Below, piece by piece: positions 8,555 through 16,727 of a stretch of DNA of 64,000 bases. Made by a program: the position numbers and the translations under genes. Origin of the DNA: an uncultured bacterium (GTDB taxonomy: Bacteria; Acidobacteriota; HRBIN11; JAKEFK01). The stretch is taken from NCBI GenBank assembly GCA_963777505.1, contig CAVZQN010000004.1, forward strand, positions 864,001 through 928,000, written 5' to 3'. Under the pieces are notes generated by a model. The model was not told the DNA's origin. It saw nothing but the letters and a program-made list of their open reading frames with translations, and ran no database searches. Each line of letters starts with the position of its first letter. Position 1 is the first letter of the stretch.

Positions 8555-9943
8555 TCAGAAAATTTTCTTGAATTTGTCTTTTAACTTTCGGAAAAGATTT
8601 TTGCTTTCTTTTTCTGCTAACTGTTTCAACTTTTTCTCTGTCCAGGATTTCATACCAGGATCCAATTTTCCGCAGCGATCAAAATCATTTTTTGCTAATG
8701 GCAAATTTCCCTGGGACAGATAAATTGCTCCGCGATTACAATATGGCTCGGCAAAATTGGGTTCGAGCTTGATCGCCAATGTATAGTCCGTAACCGCTTG
8801 TGTAATATTTTTTAACTCCTGGTTTGACACCCCGCGAGAATTTGCCGCTTTCGCATGCTTCGGGTTTAATCGCAGCGCTTGCGTGAAATCGGAAACAGCA
8901 TCTCTATGTTTATCCAGGCTCTGATTGGTTAAGCCACGCTGATAAAATACCTCCGCCTGATTTGGATCGTATCGCAGTGCCTCGTTTAAGTCTTTTAATG
9001 CGAGCGCTTCGTTCCCTTGCTTCTTATATACCTGTGCGCGATCGCTGTAGGCTGCTGCAAAATCCGGTTTCAATCCAATTGCTTTACTAAAATCCACAAT
9101 GGCTTGATCGTAATTGCCTGAAATGCTGTAAGCCTGACCGCGATGATGATACGCTTCGGCATTTTGAGGATCCAACTGCAGTACTTTGTTGTAATCGATG
9201 ATCGCATTGGGATAGCGATCGAGTTTGTAATACGCTTGACCGCGGTAATGATAAGCATCTTCGAAATTCGGATCCTGTTGAATTGCTTTGTCAAATGATT
9301 CAATCGCTTTATCGTATTTTCCTTCCTCAAATTCTCTGACGCCTTGCGAGTAATATGGATTCTCTTGAGGTTTCGGGCGTTCAACAACTCCTTTGCTTCG
9401 CAGCAGATTCATCACATAAGGCAAACCTTTGATCAAACCGAATGTAGCAGTGAAGGCAATGAAGAGCGTGAGTATGACACTAGCAGCAATTGCTTTGCCG
9501 CTAAATTTCTTGCTTCCGAAAAGTTTTGGTTGTGATGTGCCGCGATTCAAGAGTTGCGATACTGTGTCTCCTAACAACTCAAGATGGCTTTCCTGGGGTC
9601 CCGAATATGCATCGAGATATTGCAAAGAGCCGATGTAATATTCGAGAGCCTTATCCGCAACTACATTTTGAACGCGATAAGGAAGGACCGTTACGCCTTT
9701 GTTGATTGCACGTTCTACTTCACGATGAATTTGACGCGATGCATTCGCGTGTGTAGACATTACGAGAACCATCACCGATGCTTCATTGATGGCTTCGATA
9801 ATTGCAGCGCTCCAATCTGCGCCAGGTGTGATATTGCGAGGAGCTATCCAGCAATTGATCCCGCGAGCTTCCAGAGTGACACAGATTGCGTCTGCAGCCG
9901 CGCGATCGACAGACGAATAGCTTATAAATACTTCGTGAGCCAT
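8555..9943 (-). CDS. TIR domain - TM helix - TPR repeat protein
   Basis: HEVFISY...CWIAPRNI...IHREVERA TIR; TM AIAASVILTLFIAFTATFGL; about 7 canonical TPRs (AYxxRG...AIxDFxKAIxLxP). Confidence 0.9.
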   Translation of the reverse strand: MAHEVFISYSSVDRAAADAICVTLEARGINCWIAPRNITPGADWSAAIIEAINEASVMVLVMSTHANASRQIHREVERAINKGVTVLPYRVQNVVADKALEYYIGSLQYLDAYSGPQESHLELLGDTVSQLLNRGTSQPKLFGSKKFSGKAIAASVILTLFIAFTATFGLIKGLPYVMNLLRSKGVVERPKPQENPYYSQGVREFEEGKYDKAIESFDKAIQQDPNFEDAYHYRGQAYYKLDRYPNAIIDYNKVLQLDPQNAEAYHHRGQAYSISGNYDQAIVDFSKAIGLKPDFAAAYSDRAQVYKKQGNEALALKDLNEALRYDPNQAEVFYQRGLTNQSLDKHRDAVSDFTQALRLNPKHAKAANSRGVSNQELKNITQAVTDYTLAIKLEPNFAEPYCNRGAIYLSQGNLPLAKNDFDRCGKLDPGMKSWTEKKLKQLAEKESKNLFRKLKDKFKKIF

Positions 9944-10005
9944 ACCCCTATCTGTCCATTCTAAGTATTACACAAGTTAACCGCAGAGACGCCGAGCCCA
10001 CAGAG

Positions 10006-11400
10006 TCATTTAATCTTGCGCGGTTCGGTTAGATTCGCAGGATCGAACAGCGTGGCGAATTCTTCATCGCTAAGAAGTTTGCGTTCCTTCACAATTTCTT
10101 TGATTGATTTCCCCGTTTGTTGTGATTCTTTGACAACTTCTGCAGCTTTCAGATACCCAATAAAAGGGTTGAGTACTGTTGCTAGACCCAATGTTCGGTC
10201 TGCATACCGATTGCAGGCTTCAGCGTTAGCCGTAATCCCTGTAACGCATTTTTCGGTAAATGCGCAAATACCGTTTGTAAGAATCGTCATCGATTCAAAC
10301 AGATTATGTGCAATAACAGGCATCATCACATTCAATTCAAGCTGTCCTGCTTGTGCAGCCATCATTATCGTTGTGTCATTTCCAATCACATGAAATGAAA
10401 TCATGTTCAACATTTCAGCCATTACAGGATTTACTTTGCCTGGCATAATCGATGATCCTGGCTGCACTGCCGGTAACGTAATTTCATCTAACCCAGTATT
10501 CGGTCCTGATGCGAGCAATCGAAAATCATTTGCGATTCGCGTCAGCTCGATTGCAAGGTTGCGGAGCGACGCCGATAATTCTGTAAATGAAGACATGCTT
10601 TGCATTGCTTCAAACATGTTTTCGGCAGGACGCAAGTTGAAGCCTGTGAGTCCACTCAAGTAGGAAACAATTACGCCACGATAATCCGGATGCGTATTTA
10701 CGCCGGTTCCTACTGCGCTTCCTCCGATGCCAAGTTCTTCCAATGAAAGCTCCGAATGAATAATCTGAAAACGCATTTTTTGGATGGCGCGCGCATAGCC
10801 GCTAAATTCCTGTCCTAATCGTATCGGTACCGCATCTTGCAAATGAGTTCGGCCTGATTTCAAGACTGGATCAAATTCTTGTGCTTTTTCGCCAAGTGCA
10901 TTCTCAAGCTTTTCAAGCTGATTGAATAGACCCGGCAGAAGCGCTAACGCTGCTAAACGCATGGAGGTTGGAATGACATCATTCGTAGATTGCCCCATAT
11001 TTACATGATCGTTCGGACTGATGAGTTGATGATCACCTTTCTTTCCACCTAAAACTTCAGCCGCGCGATTTGCGATCACTTCATTGACATTCATGTGAAA
11101 CGATGTGCCGGCGCCGGCTTGAAAAACATCAACGACAAAGTTGTCGTTGTATTCCCCAGCCGCAACCTGCGTAGCAACATCTATGATTGCTTTTGCTTTA
11201 TGCTCATCAAGATAACCAAGCTGCATATTTGTTTTTGCAGCAGCTACCTTAATTAGAGCCGCTGCACGGATCAGCTCTGGATGTGCTTTTTGCCGGCTGA
11301 TTGGAAAATTGCGGACGGCACGCGCAGTCTGCACGCCATAATATGCCTCCTCCGGAACTTCCATCGTGCCTAGTGAATCCTTTTCTACCCTCGTTCCCAT
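10006..11400 (-). CDS. aspA: aspartate ammonia-lyase (fumarase/aspartase family)
   Basis: RVEKDSLG, GAGTSFHMN (AspA-like rather than FumC GSGTQ), GRTHLQDA, GSSIMPGKVNP; GGAGGAG RBS before ATG at 11400. Confidence 0.8.
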   Translation of the reverse strand: MGTRVEKDSLGTMEVPEEAYYGVQTARAVRNFPISRQKAHPELIRAAALIKVAAAKTNMQLGYLDEHKAKAIIDVATQVAAGEYNDNFVVDVFQAGAGTSFHMNVNEVIANRAAEVLGGKKGDHQLISPNDHVNMGQSTNDVIPTSMRLAALALLPGLFNQLEKLENALGEKAQEFDPVLKSGRTHLQDAVPIRLGQEFSGYARAIQKMRFQIIHSELSLEELGIGGSAVGTGVNTHPDYRGVIVSYLSGLTGFNLRPAENMFEAMQSMSSFTELSASLRNLAIELTRIANDFRLLASGPNTGLDEITLPAVQPGSSIMPGKVNPVMAEMLNMISFHVIGNDTTIMMAAQAGQLELNVMMPVIAHNLFESMTILTNGICAFTEKCVTGITANAEACNRYADRTLGLATVLNPFIGYLKAAEVVKESQQTGKSIKEIVKERKLLSDEEFATLFDPANLTEPRKIK

Positions 11401-11472
11401 GACTCCTCCATACGGTATGTGTGAAACATACAACATGTATTATAAAATCCATTAACCACAAAGGCGCAAAGT

Positions 11473-12540
11473 ATGAAAGCGATTGTTTTGCAAGAGATTG
11501 GAGATATAGTCCTCCAGGAATTTGATCCTCCTCGGATAGAAGACTCCGGCGATGCGCTTGTTCGCGTAACCACTTCCGGAATTTGTGGTTCTGATCTTCA
11601 TATTATTCATGGCCGCGATCCTGGAATTCGGATGGGCACAATCATGGGTCATGAGTTTGTTGGCGTGATTCAGGAATGTGGAAGCTCAGTTGCGAATCTG
11701 AAATCCGGAGATCGAGTCGTTTCGCCTTTTACTGTTAACTGCGGAGTTTGTTTTTATTGCAAACACGATTTTCCGGCACGATGTGTGCGCTCAATCGGTT
11801 TTGGTTTTATTAGCGAAGATGGTTCAGGCTTGCACGGTGCTCAAGCTGAACTCGTTCGAGTTCCGATGGCTTCAACTACCTTGATGAAAATCCCGGACCA
11901 AAAAGAAAATGGTACGCCTTTAAAAGATGAAGATGTTTTGTTTCTTGGCGATATTTTTTCTACTGCCTATTCAACTGCTGAAGGAGCAAAGATTAACAAA
12001 GGTGATACGGTGATCGTTCTCGGCTGCGGTCCGGTTGGACTTTTAGGCATTCTTTCCGCAAAGTTATTTGAACCAGCCCATATTGTAGCGGTGGATTCGG
12101 TGGAGTACAGACTTGAGAAAGCCCGCAGCTTTGGTGCAATTACTGTGAATCCAGACCAAAAGGAAATTGCAAAAGTCTTAGCTGAGTTAACTGAAGGCCG
12201 TGGTGCAGATGCTGCGATCGAAGCAGTAGGAAATCCATCTGCGCTGGATCTTGCAATTCAAGCCGTACGTCCGGGTGCTGTAGTTTCCATTGCAGGCTAC
12301 CACACAGAAAATGTTTATGAGTTGCCGATCCAACTCGCTTATAAAAAGAACCTGACTATCAGAATCGGCCGCTGTAATGCGGGTAAATACATGCGTCAGC
12401 TCTTGCCTTTTGTTCTGCAGAATAAGGTCCCGATCACAGACATCATCACGCATGTACTTCCACTCAATGATGGAATCCGCGGTTACGATATCTTTACCAA
12501 ACGGCATGAAAATGCAATTAAAGTTTTATTGAAGCCGTGA
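11473..12540 (+). CDS. zinc-dependent alcohol/formaldehyde dehydrogenase (MDR family)
   Basis: CGSDLH, GHEFVG, CxxCxxC structural Zn site, GCGPVG. Confidence 0.9.
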   Translation: MKAIVLQEIGDIVLQEFDPPRIEDSGDALVRVTTSGICGSDLHIIHGRDPGIRMGTIMGHEFVGVIQECGSSVANLKSGDRVVSPFTVNCGVCFYCKHDFPARCVRSIGFGFISEDGSGLHGAQAELVRVPMASTTLMKIPDQKENGTPLKDEDVLFLGDIFSTAYSTAEGAKINKGDTVIVLGCGPVGLLGILSAKLFEPAHIVAVDSVEYRLEKARSFGAITVNPDQKEIAKVLAELTEGRGADAAIEAVGNPSALDLAIQAVRPGAVVSIAGYHTENVYELPIQLAYKKNLTIRIGRCNAGKYMRQLLPFVLQNKVPITDIITHVLPLNDGIRGYDIFTKRHENAIKVLLKP

Positions 12541-13163
12541 CGAACAAAATTAATCACTCCTTGCGCGAAGAACTCATTGAAATGATTCAGCACGATGAAT
12601 CGATACGCGAAGAACTTGCGCAAACCGGTGAGCTGTTTGTTGGATATCATCCCAAAATGGCGGAAGTTCATCGTCAAAATGCGAAACGCCTTGACGAAAT
12701 TGTTGCACGTCATGGCTGGCCTGATGAATGCGCTGTTGGTAAAGACGGATCGGAAGCCGCATGGCTGATTGTTCAACATGCGATCGATCAACCAGATTTT
12801 CAAAGACGAATGTTTATCTATTTGCAGAACGCAGCAGAGCAAGGACGCGCCGAAGCATCGCAACCGGCATTTTTAGAAGATCGCATCCGCTCATTGGAAG
12901 GGCGTCCACAAAAATATGGGACGCAATTTGATTGGGATGAATCGGGTGAAATGAGCCCCTATCCTGAAATCGAAGACCCCGCGAATGTGAATGAACTTCG
13001 TGCATCGGTAGGACTTCCAACAATTGAAGAAGCAATTCGAGAGATGCGCGAAAGCATGAAAAGAGTACTGAACCAAAGCCACTCGACATTACGAAACGAA
13101 GAAAGGAAATGGAAGAATGGGCAAGCTCCGTTGGATGGCGCAAGAATAGAGAATAGAGGATAG
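12537..13163 (+). CDS. DUF6624-like protein (probable frameshift near 13060)
   Basis: HGWP, AAWLIVQHA, LEDRI...GRPQKYGTQF; alternate frame ends EEWASSVGWRK. Confidence 0.7.
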   Translation: MTNKINHSLREELIEMIQHDESIREELAQTGELFVGYHPKMAEVHRQNAKRLDEIVARHGWPDECAVGKDGSEAAWLIVQHAIDQPDFQRRMFIYLQNAAEQGRAEASQPAFLEDRIRSLEGRPQKYGTQFDWDESGEMSPYPEIEDPANVNELRASVGLPTIEEAIREMRESMKRVLNQSHSTLRNEERKWKNGQAPLDGARIENRG

Positions 13164-13210
13164 AAGATAGAGGATAGAGTCAGCTCCTCATCGCTCTATC
13201 TTCTATCCTC
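13144..13210. terminator. heptamer-repeat hairpin between convergent genes
   Basis: (RRATAGA)x5 followed by the complementary CTCTATCTTCTATCCTC. Confidence 0.45.
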
Positions 13211-14555
13211 CTCCTATACTTGATAGAGCACGATAACAAATACCAAGAATAGAAGCAGCAAGAACGACTTTTGTCATGCTGAACTTAAATCGCAAGAGAG
13301 CGACAAAACTTGCGACACTTACAGCGAGCACAAAAAAATCGATTCCACCGGTTTTCGGAAAGAGGGCATGCAAAGCAAACCAGACTGCCAAATTTAAGAT
13401 CACTCCAACAACAGCTGCAGTGATTGTAGACAACGAGGAATTGATTAATGTGTTTCCGCGCAGCAGCTCTACGTACGGCGCACCAAGAAAAATCCATAAG
13501 AAGCAGGGCAGGAAAGTTACCCAGCTGGAAATGAATGCACCGATTGACGCAGCAACCAGTGGACTCATGCTGTCAGATTGATTCCAACCACCCATGAACC
13601 CGACGAATTGAACAACCATAATCAGTGGCCCAGGTGTTGTTTCGGCGAGTCCTAATCCATCCATCATTTGTCCTGCAGTAAGCCAGTGGTACTGCTCTAC
13701 AGCTTGCTGTGAAACATATGGAAGCACAGCGTAAGCTCCACCAAATGTAACCATGGCTGCTTTGCTGAAAAACAATCCTTCTTTAAAGACCGTACTATTC
13801 CACCCCAGCATCGCGCCCGATAACAATACAGGGGTCCACCAGAGTGCAAGACATACGAACAAAATTTTCATAGAACGTAAAAGCGAAGGGCGGGTGTGTT
13901 CAGGTGATTGGGTATGATCATCAATGACGGAATGATTTTCCGTGGAAGCTTTTGTATGGTTCTGAATGATTAGAAATTTCGCCGGTCGAAGTTTTCCGCC
14001 GATAAGCCCGATCAAGCCAGCGGCCAGGATAATGATAGGGAACGGAACTTTGAAAAAGAAAATTGCTACAAAAGCCAAAGCAGCAATGCTCCACATCAGT
14101 TCATTCTTTAATGCTTTGCTACCGATCCGAACAACTGCAACTGCAACAATTGCAATCACAGCGCCTTTCAATCCATAAAAAATTGAGGCAATCCAATAAA
14201 CATTTCCATACGCCGCATAAACATAACTCAGCGTCCATAGAATAAGCATGGAAGGAATAACAAAAAATGCTCCGGCCACGATACCGCCAATCGTTTTGTG
14301 AAGCAGCCATCCTATATAAATGGCAAGTTGCTGTGCTTCTGGGCCAGGCAGCAGCATGCAGTAATTCAGAGCGTGAAGAAAGCGTGAATCGCTGATCCAC
14401 TTTTGTTTTTCAACAAGTTCAGAATGCATGATTGCAATCTGTCCGGTGGGGCCACCAAAACTAATAAAGCCAAGCTTTAACCAGAAGCGGAATGCTTCCC
14501 AGAAATTGACACTGCGGGGTATTGATGGAGGTGGATCCTCAACTGTTGATGACAT
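13203..14555 (-). CDS. chrA: chromate ion transporter (CHR) family, long-chain type
   Basis: KLGFISFGGPTGQIA, LPGPEAQQL, TFGGAYAVL, ETTPGPLI; two homologous halves. Confidence 0.9.
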   Translation of the reverse strand: MSSTVEDPPPSIPRSVNFWEAFRFWLKLGFISFGGPTGQIAIMHSELVEKQKWISDSRFLHALNYCMLLPGPEAQQLAIYIGWLLHKTIGGIVAGAFFVIPSMLILWTLSYVYAAYGNVYWIASIFYGLKGAVIAIVAVAVVRIGSKALKNELMWSIAALAFVAIFFFKVPFPIIILAAGLIGLIGGKLRPAKFLIIQNHTKASTENHSVIDDHTQSPEHTRPSLLRSMKILFVCLALWWTPVLLSGAMLGWNSTVFKEGLFFSKAAMVTFGGAYAVLPYVSQQAVEQYHWLTAGQMMDGLGLAETTPGPLIMVVQFVGFMGGWNQSDSMSPLVAASIGAFISSWVTFLPCFLWIFLGAPYVELLRGNTLINSSLSTITAAVVGVILNLAVWFALHALFPKTGGIDFFVLAVSVASFVALLRFKFSMTKVVLAASILGICYRALSSIGGG

Positions 14556-15540
14556 CGCAGAAAAAACCGATCCCTTGTTGTATCGCGCGCCGATAGACAA
14601 TTGCAGCTGCTGCTACATCCTGAAGTGCGGTACCGGTGGAGTCAAAGATAAAAATATCATCCTTAGAAGTCCGGCCCGGCTTAATCTGAGAAACGACTTC
14701 ACCAAGGTCAGCATGCACATCTTCAATTTTCATTGTGCCGGCAGAGATTGCATGATGCAAATCGCCGATTTTCGCACATTGATCACGGATGTCGGTTACA
14801 ACTTTGCTTGAAGCAAGTAATGAAGGTTCAAGTTCTTGTTTGTCATGACTGTCAGCGCCCACACCCGCTACAAAAGTTCCCGGACGAATGTGTTCGCTTG
14901 TAATCAAAAATTTTTTTGAAGTTGTGCAGGTCACGATTGCATCACTGCTTCTCGTTGCTTCTGCGATTTCCGGAACCGCTATCACTGGAATTCCGAGTTC
15001 CATAGTCATTGCCTGAGAAAATTCTTTTGCAAGCTGCTGATCCTGATCGAAAGCAAAAGCGCGATTGATTGGAAGTGAATGTTTTAGAGCAGCAAGCTGA
15101 ATTCTTCCTTGTCTGCCGCAACCAATAATTCCAGCGGTTGTTGAATCGGAACGGGCCAAATATTTTGCCGCTACAGCAGTTGCTGCGCCTGTGCGTTGAA
15201 CTGTAATCTCAATCGAATCAAGAAACGCAAGTGGAAATCCACGGATTCCATCGGATAGCAGAATTGCTCCTTGAATCGTTGGAAGTGCAAATCGTGTTTT
15301 GTTTTGAGGAAAATTGCCATTGATTTTTACTGCGACGTAAATCTCATCATCATATGGCATCGATGCAGCTTTTATATGGAACATTCCGCCCTGACCGGTG
15401 ACATCAAGAACACCAGGTTGCGGAAGTTTGCCTTCAGCGTACAGCCGAAACGCTTCTTCAACTGCCTCAACATAATCACCGAATGACATAAGCTTCTGAA
15501 TATCAGAACGCTTTAGAATCAGAGTACCGCGGTAGCTCAT
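14539..15540 (-). CDS. ornithine cyclodeaminase/mu-crystallin family protein
   Basis: RTGAATAVAAKYLAR, GCGRQG, GVGAD, FDSTGTALQDVAAA. Confidence 0.9.
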   Translation of the reverse strand: MSYRGTLILKRSDIQKLMSFGDYVEAVEEAFRLYAEGKLPQPGVLDVTGQGGMFHIKAASMPYDDEIYVAVKINGNFPQNKTRFALPTIQGAILLSDGIRGFPLAFLDSIEITVQRTGAATAVAAKYLARSDSTTAGIIGCGRQGRIQLAALKHSLPINRAFAFDQDQQLAKEFSQAMTMELGIPVIAVPEIAEATRSSDAIVTCTTSKKFLITSEHIRPGTFVAGVGADSHDKQELEPSLLASSKVVTDIRDQCAKIGDLHHAISAGTMKIEDVHADLGEVVSQIKPGRTSKDDIFIFDSTGTALQDVAAAAIVYRRAIQQGIGFFCDVINS

Positions 15541-15548
15541 GTTGATTC

Positions 15549-16688
15549 CTAGCCACAAAAAAGGCGGATGAATTCGATGATTGCATTGCGACATGCAATG
15601 ACTTCATTGATCCATACATATTCTTCGATGCTATGTAATCCAGCGCCGCCGGGTCCAAAGACGACGGATGGGATACCGGCTTTTCCCAAAATTGCGCCAT
15701 CGGTCCAAAAGGACATTCCATTGCGAGTGGTATTTTTTCCGATTTTTTTCATCGAAGCTTCAAGAAGGTCAGGCACGTTGCTATCAGACGGCAATTCATA
15801 GGATGGTTGTCCAAAAAGATACTTTGCTTCCGCTTCAAATTCAGGATCGCCATTGGACAAATTATTTAAGATCGATTGAATTTCATGAAGTGCTGTTTGG
15901 TTTGCTTCACCTGGAATCAAACGGCGTTCGACTTGAAGCGTGCATAAATCTGGATATGTGCTGAGTTCGCGTCCACCTTGAATTAGCGACGCGTGTAAAG
16001 ATGGATGTTCAACAAGTGGATGCGGATCGCGCGCAGCAAGTTGCTTTTCTAATTGTTCAAGCCCTGAAAGAACGCGTCCCATGCGAAGGATTGCATCGCG
16101 TCCATCGCGCGGACGGCTTCCATGCGCTGCGACACCGCGCGTTGTCACCTCAACCCAGGAAAAACCTTTGTGCGCAATTCCGATCTGAAGATCTGTTGGT
16201 TCCAATACGATTGCTGCATCCGCTTTCCATTTTTGCACCAACGACTCAGCTCCAATACTTGCATATTCTTCATCAGCTACTGCTGCAATGATCAATTCGC
16301 CTGAAGGCAGACCGCCACGCAAAGCATAGGAACGTGCCGCAGAGATCATCGCCGCAACTCCGCCTTTCATGTCTTGCGAACCGCGGCCATACATTCGATC
16401 ATCCCGTTCAACAGGATCAAATGGCGCTTTCATTCCGATTACGCCAACAGTATCCAGGTGTCCACACAACATCAGCGATGCGCCTTTGTTTTTGCCTTTC
16501 AATACGCCAACAACATTTGGACGTCCAGGCGCTGCTTCACTGACTTCAACATCGAGTCCATAGTTGCGCATCTCCCGCGCAACAAATTCAGCAATCTGCT
16601 TTTCTCCAGCAGCACCAGGAACCAGTGAAGGATTCACAGAATCAATGGCAATTAAGTCACGTAAGAGTTCAATCGAATCATCTTTCAT
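15549..16688 (-). CDS. ArgE/DapE-family M20 deacylase
   Basis: CGHLDTV, GRGSQDMKGG, ADEE, EPT, AHGS, FGPG...LHSIEE. Confidence 0.9.
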   Translation of the reverse strand: MKDDSIELLRDLIAIDSVNPSLVPGAAGEKQIAEFVAREMRNYGLDVEVSEAAPGRPNVVGVLKGKNKGASLMLCGHLDTVGVIGMKAPFDPVERDDRMYGRGSQDMKGGVAAMISAARSYALRGGLPSGELIIAAVADEEYASIGAESLVQKWKADAAIVLEPTDLQIGIAHKGFSWVEVTTRGVAAHGSRPRDGRDAILRMGRVLSGLEQLEKQLAARDPHPLVEHPSLHASLIQGGRELSTYPDLCTLQVERRLIPGEANQTALHEIQSILNNLSNGDPEFEAEAKYLFGQPSYELPSDSNVPDLLEASMKKIGKNTTRNGMSFWTDGAILGKAGIPSVVFGPGGAGLHSIEEYVWINEVIACRNAIIEFIRLFCG

Positions 16689-16727
16689 AAACTTCCTGCT
16701 GTAGTCTGCACCGCAGAGGCACAAAGA

